Assembly: GCF_020745735.1 (NCBI RefSeq)
Contig: NC_083409.1
Span: forward strand, 17,050,619-17,114,618
From: Hemiscyllium ocellatum
Lineage: Eukaryota
Length of the DNA: 64,000 nt
Direction: 5' to 3'
Part shown: piece after piece, positions 49,774 to 62,535 of the stretch
How the letters are laid out: each line of letters opens with the position of its first letter
Position numbering within the stretch: position 1 is the first letter of the stretch
Translations under genes and position numbers: made by a program
The notes under the pieces: model-generated
What the model saw: only the letters and a program-made list of their open reading frames with translations
Told to the model about the DNA's origin: nothing
The model's database searches: none

Positions 49774-49896
49774 CTCCGATCATGATGTTTGAGTCTGGAT
49801 GACTCAGTCAGACTGTCTAATAAAGTGGAGTTACGCATTTTAGTGTCTGGCAGTTTCTCTGCAGATCCAGCTGGTGTTGGGCTGCACTCGTTCTTT
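49774..49896 (-). CDS. CEP350: CEP350-like exon (KNECSPTP...LTESSRLKHHDRR)
   Basis: 123 nt, phase 2 to 2, AG/GT; end matches YSESSGYKNHDRR. Confidence 0.8.
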
Positions 49897-51139
49897 CTAC
49901 GATGAAACAAAGAAAGAAACAACGATCAGCTACTTCTAGCTAAGTCTCTGGATTCAATTCCACCACAGCCAAAGCAGTTTTTTTTTAATTCAAACAATTT
50001 TTTCAGTGATGGACATCTCAGCAAGCTCACCATCTCCTGTCTCAGTTCAATGGAAAATGGGATCAATACTGCAACACCTACTGTCCCTTAAACAGACTAT
50101 CAGCTAATCTGACTTTACAATCTTGTTCTTTGACAGGTTGCAACAGGTTTTGCACAAGGGAGCGTGCAGACAGGACAAACTTCAATTATATTCAACACAA
50201 GCAAAGGCAATTCAGTTTAAATGAGATGGGTTAATTGAGATCAGGCCTCAGGTGAGGATACAAAATAGTCAAGTTTGGAATTTCCAGAGACCATCAAGAT
50301 TGTACATTCAATTACTGAAGTTTGTCTCATGTTTCTTTCCTAATCAACACTTCTGGAGCAGGTAGGATTTATCCAGGCCTCTGGCTCAAAGTTGGAGACA
50401 TGACCACAGCATCACAAGAGCACTTTGTTTTAGACTGAGTAACTCGTGGGATAATTTGCCCAATTATCTTACTAATCTGCAAGATACTGTTACCATCCCA
50501 AAGGTGGGAAAAAAGCAAGGTATATAATGGGAGGTAAGATGTTATAACAGTCTCTATCACAAGGGACAAAGTATCTTCCAGCAGTTTTTTGCTCATCCTT
50601 CGATAGTTGGAAATTCTCAAATTTTCTGGCCTACCACCACCTTTGCAGTTTTGTATATCTTTTCTTTCAATTTGATGTCACCCACAATTCCTTTAGCTAT
50701 GCCCCGCTGTTGCCACCTTTTCATTGTGCATTTCTTTTATAAATAAATGTACATTGTTGAGAATTATGAAATAACTGAATAGGTTCTTCTGCTTTAACAT
50801 TCTAACCTCTCGTCCCATTCCCATTTAGCTCACTATTACTTTATAACCTTGTGACTGCCTTTAACTTTAGATACTAGTTCAAGAACCAAATTCCTTCGCC
50901 TAAAGCTAAATTCTATTATGCTGCATTGAATCTTACCAAAAGGGTCTTTAATTTTGAACTCATTAATCAATCATATTACCAAGTCCCTGACTGGTTCCAG
51001 AACAAAATGTTTGAAGAAACTGTACAGAGCAGTCTACCTCAAATTGCTGCAGAAGGTAAGAGTGCACAATACTATTTTAACTAACAGAGTGCCTTCTGAA
51101 TAACAGGATTCTGTTCGACCCCCAAATTACTCTGATCAT

Positions 51140-51475
51140 AGAATAGAATAGAATTCCTACAGTGTGGAAACAGGCCCTTCGGCCCAACAAATCCACATCA
51201 ACCCTCTGAAGAGTATCCCAACCAAACCTATCCCTTAACACTATTACTCAACATTTACCCCTGACTAATGCACCAAACCTGCACATCCCTGAACACTATT
51301 GGCAATTTAGCATGGCCAATTCACCTCTTTGGATTGTGGGAGAAAACCGGAGCACTCAGAGGAAACCCATGCAGACACGGGAGAATGTGCAAACTCCACA
51401 CGGACAGTCATCTGAGGCTGGAGTCACCTGGGTGCCTGGCGCTGTGAGGCAGCAGTGTTAAACACTGAGCCACCT
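51140..51475 (-). mobile_element. HE1/V-SINE-like SINE
   Basis: Reverse complement of a full SINE with (ATAGA)n tail. Confidence 0.85.
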
Positions 51476-51637
51476 CCTTTTTCCTAAAAGACTGAGTGCA
51501 TTGACCCTGCCTCTCCTGATCACAGATAATAGCGAAAACATCCAAAACAGTGCATCGCATCAAGCAACAAGCCTTAGGTTATGAAGCCAAGAAGCTTAAT
51601 ATTATTGATCAGGTTTGGGACAGTGTAAAAATCTTAC

Positions 51638-51798
51638 CTGTCAGGTTCAGTTCTGGTTCGAAGTTGGTTCATGAAGTCTGAATGTTGCTGCCTCTGTTGG
51701 TCCAGCAGCACTGTCACTGGCACAGGAGCTGTTCCATGAGGTGGGTTTGTGGCAGTCAGAGATCCTGCTGCAACCTGCGCACATGCCAACTCAGTCAT
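51638..51798 (-). CDS. CEP350: CEP350-like exon (MTELA...LLDQQRQQHSDFMNQLRTRTEPDR)
   Basis: Not in the ORF track. tttAG acceptor, AG|gtaag donor; matches MAELT...LYDHQRQHLPDFVKQLRTRTETDR. Confidence 0.9.
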
Positions 51799-52099
51799 CT
51801 AAACCAGCAAGAATTAGCACAGCACAGGTTAGAAGACAACTTGGATCACATCTTGCTTTTGAAATCAGAGGCCCCTACTCAACCCATCGCATGTGTGCCG
51901 CCTCTTTGGAATAGCTATTTGGCTAGACCCCTGCTCTCACAATGTTGCAAGTAATTTATTTTTGCAAGTATTCAAATTAATTCTGGAACTAATCCTGAAT
52001 CAGCTGCCACCTCCTTTCCAGATGCTCCCAGCTCTTCTGTGAAACAGCAAAAACCAATGAGAACATCATTAAAATTGAAGCATCCAGTGTTAAAAAATT

Positions 52100-53680
52100 C
52101 ACATGCTCCGTCACTGGGATATGATGGGCTTTTTTTCATAACGCTGAGCAAAATGTTATTTGAGGCTGAAAGGAGAACTCTAAGAGAAAGGTGAACCACC
52201 CGTGGGTAACAAAGGCAGTCAAGGACAGTACCCACAAGGAAAAGAACGACACAGCAGCGGAGGACGAAAAAGGAAAAAAAAATTGATCATGAAATTAAAT
52301 TGACAAGATACAAAAACGAATGGCAAAAGTTTCTACAGGTATGTAAAAAGTGAGTAGCTAAAGTGAGCATCGAACCCTTGGAGGTTCTGATTCGGGAATT
52401 GATAATGTGTACAGGGAAAACAGCAGATAATTTAAACCAATATTTTACATTGGTCTTCATGGAGGAGAATACCGTTATCATCCCAAAGATAGCAAAAAGC
52501 AAGGTATTCGTGGGAGGACAAATGCTACAACAGTCTTTGTCACAAGGGACAAAGTAATGACAAACTAATAGGATTAAAGGCAGACAGGACCTAATGGCCT
52601 GTATCAAACATTTTTGAAGGCAACTGGCTGCAGAGATATTCAAGGCATCAATTGAATTATTCCCGAATCAGTGGATACAGGGAGCTTCCAGTGGATTGAT
52701 GCGCTGTTCAAGAAGGGAGGGAGACAGAAATCAGGAAAGTTAGTTTAATATCTGTTTTGGCAGAACAGCAGAGTTGATTATTAAAGGAAGAAATAGCAGG
52801 ACATTTGGAAAAGCTTATCATTAAACATGGTAGACTGGATTTTGTGAAAGGGAACTATATTTGACAAATTTGCTAGAGTTCATTAAGGAGATAAGAAGTA
52901 GGGCTGATAAAGGAGAATCTGATGATGTTCTGTATTTGGATTTTAAAAATGCATTTGATAAGGTGCTACATAAAAGTTAATTGCACAAGATAGGAGCTCA
53001 CGGCATCGGGGGCCATGTATTAGCATGGACTGAGGATTGGTTAACCACAATGGCTGTTGCTGAGACCTCACTTGGAGTACTGTATACAATGTTTGCTCTC
53101 ATATTTAAGAAAGGATAAACTAGCATTGGAGGCCACTCAAAAAAAGATTCATTTAGTTGCTTCATGGATGAAAAGGTTGGTCTGTCAAGAATAGGTTAGG
53201 TCATTATTCAATAGAGTCTGGACAAATAATGGGTGATCTTATGGAAACAATGTTCTGAGGAGCTTGACAGGGGTTGATGTTGACTAAATGTTCGAGTACC
53301 AGTGAAGTCTCAACCCAGGGGACATTACAGAAGGGAACATTCATTTTCTCTCTCAGTGAATGGCTGGAATTCTCTCGCCCAAAAAATTGTGACAGCTAAA
53401 TGGGGTAGGGGAATGGGTCTGGTGGGTTACTCTTCGGAGGGTGGGTGTGGACTTGCTCAGCCGAAGAGCCTGTTTCCACACAGTAGGGATTCTATGATTC
53501 TATATCAAATTATTTTAAAAGAGGGTAGATAGAGTTTTGAAATATTAAGCAGTTGAGGGCTATGAGGATCAAGCATAAAAGACAAGTTGAGGCCTGGTTT
53601 GGCCCAGCCATGATCTGATAGAATGGGGGAGCAAGCTCAAGGGAACGAATACCCTACTCCTGCTCCGATTCCTTGAGGCT
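52100..53680 (+). mobile_element. CR1-like LINE remnant with a SINE/LINE tail inserted at about 53400-53500
   Basis: LNQYFTLVF and YLDFKNAFDKVLH motifs; 3' tail ccctactcctgctcc. Confidence 0.8.
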
Positions 53681-54572
53681 CCATTTCATGCTTTCTTTTC
53701 TCCAAAGGGGAGCATGAGACAATGTGTTAAAAGATCTCAGACGTTGTGAAAAGGAGTGAAAATGGGGTGTTTATGTATTGATTCCGATGGCATTTATCAA
53801 TCAATCACAGCTATGCAGTCATGAATACGAAGGCAATTCCCTCCATGAATAAAGGAAACCTACTACAGAGCTCATCCAACGGGAATTCTTACCTTCAGTA
53901 AACTCTTCCATCACATGACCCAAAATTGCACCCTCAGCTGTTTACTTATTTGTTCACTTCCAGACATGACTATTCCAATGTTCTCTTGACTGAACTTTCA
54001 TCAACTTCAACATATTCAAAAGCTCCACTTACTGCACCCTCTTTCCAAGCCCCTTTTACCCACGATCCTTGTACTTGCTGATTCATGACTTGCCAACAGC
54101 TTCAGTATAAGAAGTCCTGTCCTTCCGGACATATTTTTCCTTTCTATCTCTGCAATTTCCTTCAATCCTCGAAACTTTTGAAGTGTCTATGTTCCCCATT
54201 TTAGCATTTTCATTTTCACCACCCCAGCTCAGCACTGAAGCTTTCAGCTGCATGGTCATCAGCTATGCAACTCTGTCCTAACGCAGCTCAAATAGTAACA
54301 TTTTCTTCCTTTCCAACATTCTATCTCACCTATTTCTTTGACCAAGCATTTGGTCATCTTTCTTAATATCATATGGTATGCTGTTAAGCTTTGCCCTGCT
54401 CTTCCTTGACAGTTTACTACATTCGAGGAATGAAATAATTTCAAACTGCAGTGACAATTAACTCAATGCAGCAATTGTATGAGAGAAATTCCTTCAAAAC
54501 TCCAGAAAGTACTGGCTCTTCAGCATGACTGGGGGAAAGGGCCATCTTGCCAAGTACACTAGAAGAAAGTAC

Positions 54573-54704
54573 CTCTGTAACCTGACGTGCTGTATCAGCC
54601 ATCAGCCTTGCAAGTTCCACCTGCTGAGTGATCATTTTAGTTGTGGACTCTTGCAGCATCTCTTGGCGAACCTGTACAAACTGCTGCAGACTTTCTGCAC
54701 ATGC
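54573..54704 (-). CDS. CEP350: CEP350-like exon (ACAESLQQFVQ...ARLMADTARQVTE)
   Basis: 132 nt, phase 0 to 0; matches VHAESLQQVVQ...ARLTTDAARQICE, three codons shorter. Confidence 0.88.
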
Positions 54705-55329
54705 CTGAGAACACAAAGAGAGGTTTTCACGTCCAGCAATTGATAATTCAGATACTTTAATCAAGAGACAAAGCACTATTAAAATGCAATGTGAAATTGA
54801 CTTATGATCCAGTAAGCACACTGCTCACATGTTTCATCATGCAACTTTAGCTCACTGACACGGCTTCTGTTTTACAATCAAGCTTTTAAGCCTTTCCCTC
54901 TCCTCCAACGTCACATATAAGCACAGTAACCTAGTCATAGTGTGATTTTGTTTTTTTGATTTCCAGTATTTGCAGTTCTTTGGTTTTTTTTTAATTTAAC
55001 CTGGTCATGGTATTGCGAGATTGTTTCCATGATGGGGAGATGTATTCAACCTTAAAACTAAAAACCAGACCATTCAGAACTGAAAAATCAGGAATTAATT
55101 ATTTAATTCATTCTCAGGATGTAGATATCCCTGACACTGACTGTCCAACCATAACTGGCATTAAAAGGTGAAAGTTAGTGATCTTCTTAAACCACGGCAA
55201 CCCATGTGGCTGCAAGATACTCCCAATGTATGTCAGACCATTGTAGGCAGCAAAGGAAGAGCAACATAATTTAATGTCATAACTATATGCGGCATTCCCA
55301 GGCACTGGAATGGAGGCCTTGCTTTATGA

Positions 55330-55745
55330 AGAAAGCTTGAATAAGCTTGTATGCTTCTCTCTGGAGAGAAGGACGAAGAGAAAATACCTGATCGAGGCAT
55401 AAAGAGAGGAGTAGATAGAGTCAATAGCCAGAGACTTTTCCCCAGGGCAGGATTGACTGGTGCGAGAAGCCATAGTTTGAAGATATTAGGAGGAAAGTAC
55501 AAAGGAAATGTCAGAGGTAGGTTCTTTACGCAGAGAGTTTCAAATGCATGGAATGCTTGCCAGCTGTGGTGGTGGAAGCAGAGTCATTGGGGATACTTAA
55601 GCGACTGCTGGCCATGCACATGGATAGCAGTGAGTTGAGGGGGTGCGCAGGTTAAGTTACTGTATTTTACATTAGGATTCAATCTCTGCACAACATCTTG
55701 GCAAAAGGGCCTGTTCTCTGCTGTACTTTTCTATGTTCTATGTTC
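55330..55745 (+). mobile_element. CR1-like 3' end with (CTATGTT)n tail
   Basis: RGVDRVNSQRLFPR...FFTQRV; tail ttctatgttctatgttctat. Confidence 0.85.
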
Positions 55746-57978
55746 TATATTTGCTGCCCTGTTCTTCCAGACAGGATAGGTCATGAGTCCAGATCTGTCA
55801 AAGGAGCCTTCAGTGAGGTATTGCAGAGCATCTTGTAGATGGTGCACCTTGTTGCTACCGCATACTGATGACAGAGGGAATAGGCACTTAAGGGGGTGGA
55901 CATGATTCAAATCATGCTGATGTTTTGTAATGGATGATGTTGAGCTTCCTGAGTATCACGAGAACTGCACTCCTCCAGGTAAGTGGGGAGTATTCCATCA
56001 TAATGCTTTCCTAGACCTGTTCATCTCTCAGCTCCATTTCCTCCTTTAAACACTCCTTAAAATCCAACTTCACCAAAATTTTGAATATCTTGCATGACAT
56101 AAACTTTTCCATTTGATGCTTTTTTGAAATATTTTGAGATACTTTATTATTTTAAATGCTTTTTTCCAGCAAATTGCTGTGATGAGATGATACTTTTATT
56201 TTGCATGTGTTTTGAGGGATAAGGCTGATGAAAAGCGAAAGGGCTTTTCGGCAAAAACAAATTTAAACTCAGTTGGATAAGAGAATGAAGAGGCTGATTG
56301 TTCTACTCTTGTTCCTATATCCCAATGACAAGTTGTGAATATGCATTCCACAATTCTGGTGATCTCGTGGTAGGCCATTGCTTGCTAGCATAGTCCTCAA
56401 CTGAGGAACAATTCAAAAAAAGCTGCAGTCTATTTTTATTGCCATGATCTTTATTGGTCAAGTGGATACTCCTTACCCTCATGGTTCTACTCTCTCTGTG
56501 TGGGTTCTACCAAAGAAATCGCAAATATGGCATCAGAGGCAGTTCTGCGCTGTGTTCCTCAGATGGGGACAATCTGAAGCAAAAACTGCCGTTTAAAGAA
56601 GCTAAAGTTTTCACGGTGTCATTGACATCTTCAGGTCATTGCAAAGTCCTTCTCAGCTAATGGAGTTCTTTCAAAATATAGTCACGCTGTCCAAGAAGGG
56701 CCTTTTGACAAGCTCCTAAAAAGACAGCATCTACAATAGTGAGGAATTCATATTGAGCAGGATAACAGGAGAACTCCCTTAGACTTCTTCAAGTATTAAA
56801 ACGGATCTTCTCTATCCACTGGAATAGAAGATGGGAACTTGCTTTAACGTCTTGCCTGAAAGTGTCATCTCTAAGAATGCAGCAGTCCTGCTCTAGATTG
56901 AGTGCGTATGGTCGGCTTCCATTCAAGTCGAAGCATGGGGCTTGAAACAAAAATGTTTTCATTCAGAGGCAGTTGCATTCACAATGAGATAAACTGACAT
57001 TTGTATCACACCTTTATACTATAACATCCCATGGACGTTGACAGGAACATGATTACAGAATATGACAAGTAGCCACATAAGAAGTGCTCAGATAAAACAT
57101 AGTTTTTAAGGAGCTTCTTGAAGAAAGACAGAGACACATTCAGGTTCAGTAAACAAATGTCAGTGCCTGGATGGTCAATAGTTGAAGGAGCCACTGTCAA
57201 TCAGACACTAAAATAGACTGCAGCCTTTTTTTGAATTGTTCTTGGGTTGAGGACTATACCAGCAAGCAGGCCTTTATGGCCCACCTCGAGATCACCAGAA
57301 TTACAGAATGCAAATTCACGACTTGTCATTAAGGCATTAAAACACAGGAGCAAGCTTGCACAAGTAACTAAGAACAATAGCAAGGATTATTTTGATTAAG
57401 ATTTCTGACTCTTAAGATACAGAATTCCAAGAGGTAAAAACACAGGAACCTGCAACCTTCCAAACTTACTCACCCAAATCAAAGTCAGCATGACCTCCCT
57501 TTGTCCCATTCCTGTAACCTGCTCCAGCCCTATAACCTCCCTCATCATCTACATTCCTGATGTCATCTTGTTCAACCCCACTCCATCAAGTTGTGTGTCT
57601 CAGTCTTTAGAATTCACTCCTTAAGGTCTTACAATCTGTCCAGGTTTTCTAAAGAATCTCTGAAATGTTAACTCTTCTTTCTTCCCACAGATGCTGCTGA
57701 GTGTCACCAGCAAACTATGTTTTTGCTTCTAAAACTGTACCTTCTCCTGTCCCCATGGTCTGGGCCTGTCATTGATTTTCATGATGACATCTTCATAATG
57801 TGCTTTTGTTGAGTGGGGCAGTTTACCGGTGGAACAGAACAGGGCAGGGGTGGGAAGAGGTTTGGCTTCAATGTTAAAGGCACTTTATAATTATAATTTG
57901 TTTATTCTTATTGCACGGTGAGAAGCAGTCAACACTGAATTATTTGCATTTCCAGACACCTGTTACATGTTCAAGTAC

Positions 57979-58089
57979 CTGTACAGCTTTCTGTCTGGCC
58001 TCCTCTAGCTGCCTCTGACTTGCAGCAGCTTCCTGCTCGGCCTTCAGCTTCAGCAGGGCTATGTCGTGCTCATGGCTCAGCTGTTGGGC
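57979..58089 (-). CDS. CEP350: CEP350-like exon (AQQLSHEHDIALLKLKAEQEAAASQRQLEEARQKAVQ)
   Basis: 111 nt, phase 0 to 0, AG/GT; matches AQQQRHERDLALLKLKAEQEALESQRQLEETRNKAAQ. Confidence 0.92.
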
Positions 58090-58630
58090 CTGGACACAAA
58101 CAAAGATTAAATAGGAACCATCACTCTACATTCCACTGCTCTGCTCTGTGAAAAACTGGTATTTAAATTTGCAGTGTCCAGAGAGAGAGAGAGTAACAAT
58201 TGAAATGCAAAGGCATCAAAATCTTAAGAGTAACAAATGACAAGATTTTAATCAATTAATTTTAATATTGCAACTTTATAAATAAAAAAAATTTTCTCAT
58301 AAATCTCATCATAATGGCTCAAATTTTAGAAAGCTGAAATTTCTTGAAAACTTGGCAAGTTTGCCCTGCTTCTATCAGTCAACTTGGAAAGTGCAGTCAT
58401 GCGCAGGTTCGATGCTAATATCTGCACATTTAAGATTAGGCATTGTCCTAAATCACAACCCAAGGGTAAGTAAATTTAATCTCTAGTTTTGGAATAATCT
58501 TTGTTTTGCCTGATTTAACTGAAGAACGTTGCTCAGAATGTTGCCTGGTTTGGAAAACGAGCGCAGCCATTATCACTTAAGACAATTTCACAAAACCATT
58601 TCTGAAAGAGCACAAGGCATAGACCTGTAC

Positions 58631-58794
58631 CTTTAGGATCTGAGCCAATGACACAGTCTCTTGTTGAGCAAAGGCTATTCCCCGGGTCATGTCTATCTCC
58701 GATAGCTGACGGATGGACTCTTCCATAGCATCCAAGTAAGTGTGTTGAGCAGTCATGTGGTGTTGGATACTTGGTGGGGAGCTGAGCATCGAGG
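58631..58794 (-). CDS. CEP350: CEP350-like exon (TYLDAMEESIRQLSEIDMTRGIAFAQQETVSLAQILK)
   Basis: Matches SYLNAIEESVRQLSDVERVRGISLAQQESVSLAQIIK; AG/GT sites, phase 1 to 0. Confidence 0.92.
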
Positions 58795-59059
58795 CTGCAA
58801 TAACCAAAGTGAAAAGTGTAATTCCAACTTTTACAATTAGTTCAATAATGCATTGGGATCATAGGGTTAACTGCACGCCTCTCCAGGATTCAAAACAAGT
58901 TCGGGAACTGCGTAAAAAAATGACAAGGGACAAGACATTGAAATTTTCATGAGATTCACAGGATAAAACAAATAGCAAAGCGTGCGGAAAATCCAAACCC
59001 AATCATTGTATTTGGGTCCTGGTGAATGATCAGGAATGCAACAAAGGTTCACCAGACTT

Positions 59060-59480
59060 GTTTCTAGGACATTCTCATGGAGAGAGATTGGGAAAACTGG
59101 ACCTGCATTCTCCAGCATTTTGAATTGATTTCATTGAAATCTACAAAATACTTAAAGGGTAGATGTAGGTAACGTTTCCCCCGTTGGGGAGTCTAGGACT
59201 GGTGGGACAACTTATAAGTGAGACCATGTCATAAGTCTGAGCTGATGATAATTCTGTTGTTACTTCAGGGTCATGAATCTTTTGGAGTTCACTGCCACAG
59301 AGAGTTGTGAAAGCATAGTCATCAATTATGTTTTATGTAAAAATTGACGGATTTGATTTCCAACAGTGTATGGGGTGATGGGAACAGGGTGGCTAAAACG
59401 ATACTGAAGCACTGATCAGCCATGATTGTACTGAATGACAGGGGATGGCTCAACAGGCCGAATAGCCTACTTCTGCTTAA
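59060..59480 (+). mobile_element. CR1-like 3' fragment
   Basis: gaatagcctacttctgct tail and coding remnant. Confidence 0.65.
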
Positions 59481-59695
59481 TGTTCCTCAGACAGGATCCG
59501 ACCACTTGAATGGAAAAGCACCTGCTTCCACGTCACGTGGCACCTCACCATTTCATCCAGTCATCACTATGCCTGTCACTTCAACTTGGTTGTCTACTTA
59601 CTCAGGGTTTTATTTTTTTTTTTAAACTACTCCAATGGAGACGGTTGGGACAAACCAATGACAGTTACAGAAAACATGATTCCGAGAGTTCCAAC

Positions 59696-59901
59696 CTGCA
59701 GCAGAGGATGTGGAGGGCCAGGCTGCAGTAACACTGATGTCGGCTAGAGAAGGTGAAGGTGTGGAGGTAGTAGCACGCAGCCTTGTCCCCTCTCTGGATG
59801 TTATCACTGCGTCATTCTGAAAAGGGCTCTGAGACATGGAACTCACAGTGGAATGGAACAATGAAGAGCTTGTGCTTTTCTTTGATGACTTCCCGTGAGC
59901 A
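59696..59901 (-). CDS. CEP350: CEP350-like Ser/Thr-rich exon (AHGKSSKKSTSSS...PSTSSAA)
   Basis: ctttcAG acceptor, open frame, phase 2 to 1 fits both neighbours. Low-complexity, so the sequence match is weak; donor gttgga is weak. Confidence 0.6.
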
Positions 59902-60664
59902 CTGAAAGCACAAAATTTACACAATCACAAATGTTGACAACTGCCAAAATGAGACATCACTTAAACCATTTAACACTGCAGATTTCATGCCATCAAGTAT
60001 CTGTTTGCTGAAGCTCTGCTTTAAACAATCTGTTGGACTCGGTCGGCATTAGGGATAAACAGAGTCGAAAAGTGTGGCACTGGAAAAGCACAGCATGTCA
60101 GGCAGCATCCAAAGAGGAGACTCCATGATTCCGGCACAAGCCCTTCATGAGGATAAACAGTCATCCTTACTGGATGGGCCCATGTTCCCTCTACTATTCC
60201 CAAAAGCCAATCTTCTACAATACCATTCCCACTCTTAAATTTAAACAACAATGTACTGACTGGACACAGCAGCCTAAAGGCTGATTAACCTGCCAAACCT
60301 GACAACCCAGACAACAGCTTCGCAACATACTTGCCAAGGCCTAAAAGGTCCTTTGGGTTTACCAATCCATTTGAGTCATCAAGAGGATTCATCAGTGACT
60401 ACCATCACACTAGCCACCGTATGGTTGGTAGCTCTCTGGGATGCCAGAGGAAAAATAAAGGACAACGACATCACATGCACATCAGCAGACAGCACACAAT
60501 TATACAAGAGCTGAAGAGTTTCCAAAATCACATACACTAAATAAAGCAAATGCTCACTGATGACAATTTCCCCTTGATGAAGTCCAAAAAATGCCAAGAA
60601 CCCAACTTCTATGAGCAGCAAGGAGAATTCACCCCAGCTCAACATATGTTGGACTATCCCGTGC

Positions 60665-60842
60665 AGGAGAAAATGAGGACTTCAGATGCTGGAGATCAGA
60701 GCTGCAAAATGTGTTGCTGGAAAAGTGCAGCAGGTCAGGCAGCATCAAAGGAGCAGGAGAATCGACGTTTCGGGCATAAGCCTGAAGAAGTGCTAATGCT
60801 CGAAACGTCAATTCTCCTGCTCCTTTGATGCTGCCTGACCTA
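60665..60842. mobile_element. Palindromic element with a plus-strand hammerhead core (60782-60809)
   Basis: Same family as 45312-45500; CTGAAGA-A-GTGC-TAAT-GCTC-GAAACGTC; the left arm retains gacgtttcgggcataag. Confidence 0.82.
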
Positions 60843-61836
60843 TCCAGTGTAGGCTTACTAAAATATACTGAGTATCTGGATTATTTACGTGGCACTAATA
60901 CCACTCGGCCATCGCCTCCCCTTGAAATGAAACTGTAACTTTATTAATTTGGTGACTTCCATAACTTCACTTTGTATTTTCCATCTACTTACTGTCTCTT
61001 CCACCAGTAGAAGCAGTTCTTCCAACATCCTGACCAGGTTTGAGGTCTCCTCTGAACCACTATTCAATCAAAATGATCAGCAATTTATCGAATCTCTCTT
61101 GATTACTATAATCAGCGAATGTCAAGTTAACACTTTCTGGTTCCTGTGCACAGCCTTGAAGTCCTTCCTGAATTAGGGTTCCCAATACTGGGGACAACAT
61201 TCTAACTGTAGCTTAACCAGTGATTTGTGATGGTTTAACATCATTCATTTTTGTACTCCAGTCCCAATTTATAAAAGCTTAATGGCTCTGATGAACTGAT
61301 GATGATCTAAATACTGCACAAGACTGAGCTTCACTAACGTATCTCCATTAATAGTTGGTTTCACAGAGCAGTGAGCATTGAATAAAAAACAAATAGAATC
61401 AACTAAGGTGGGCTACACGGCAAAGGATTCTTGTAACCACGTTTTATTATTATTATTCCATATTTGAAATTGTGCCCATGTTTCAGGTTACTGGCAGACC
61501 CCAGTTTACAAATGGTTTCTGTTCTAGAGTGCATCTGCAAGTCAATTGGTGCACAAGTTGTAACACACTGTAAAAAGTCATAAGCACAGAAAATGTTTGT
61601 GTGCAAGATCTTTAAAATTACACCCTCGGATGAGATTACGTGTGAAAGAACAAGCATTCTGAAGCCTGGGATCCTCTATGTATCTATCCTGCCACTGTTG
61701 ACTCTGTTGTGATTTGAGTGTCAGAAGAGTGCAACTATAAGCTGTCAAGCAGGTATTGGTTGTTTCTAATATATGCACAGCTTCAGGAATTGATAACAGA
61801 AAGTGACCGACAGAAGGTACATACGTCTGGTCATAC

Positions 61837-62008
61837 CTATATGCAGTTAATGGATCTCTGAATTCATCTCGACTGCTCTTCATAATGTTACTTTCCAGGG
61901 TGGTAGATCGCAAGGGACTGCGGGAGGTGTTGACCTTCCGTGATTTGCTGCGACTACTGGATTTGACAGATGTAGCACTGGCTACAGAATCCTCCAGATA
62001 CCTTCCAT
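61837..62008 (-). CDS. CEP350: CEP350-like exon (DGRYLEDS...RSPLRSTTLESNIMK...EFRDPLTAYR)
   Basis: ctatcAG acceptor, AG|gtatga donor, phase 1 to 2; matches DGRYLDDSW...RSPLRATTLESNVKK...EFREPLVSYR. Confidence 0.92.
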
Positions 62009-62535
62009 CTGATAGAAACAGAAACAAAGTTTAAGAAGTCAAAAAGGAGCATGCATTCCATTATCACAATCAATGGGATTGGTTAGTAAGCACAAGTTTC
62101 TCTTAAACTGTTGCTGTCAGAATATAGAAGAGATAGATGCTAAGTTAATTCTTCTCGCCCACCTCCTCAAATTCTGTGGACCAGCACAAAGTGATAAACC
62201 AGACATTTGGGGGGAATCTGCAAAGGGCAACAGGTGTTGACACAGATGGAAGCGGGAGATGACCACTTCAGGAAGGGAATGGAGGGTTGACTTTGCCTGC
62301 TAAGCCTTACCAATGAAGCTCCATAAATTAGAGAGAAGGAAAAGATTCCATAGCCTCAGTCTCTGTTGCAAATGCTTTCAAAACACTGCAAAATGTCAGT
62401 GCATGACCCTCGACCACTTAACTTAATTTCACCAGGGTTATTACTTTTATCTGATTAACAATGGCCAGCATGAGGTCAAGAGTAACTGTTGATCTAATTA
62501 CCATGAACAATTCATTTTGTATTCCTTCCACTTAC

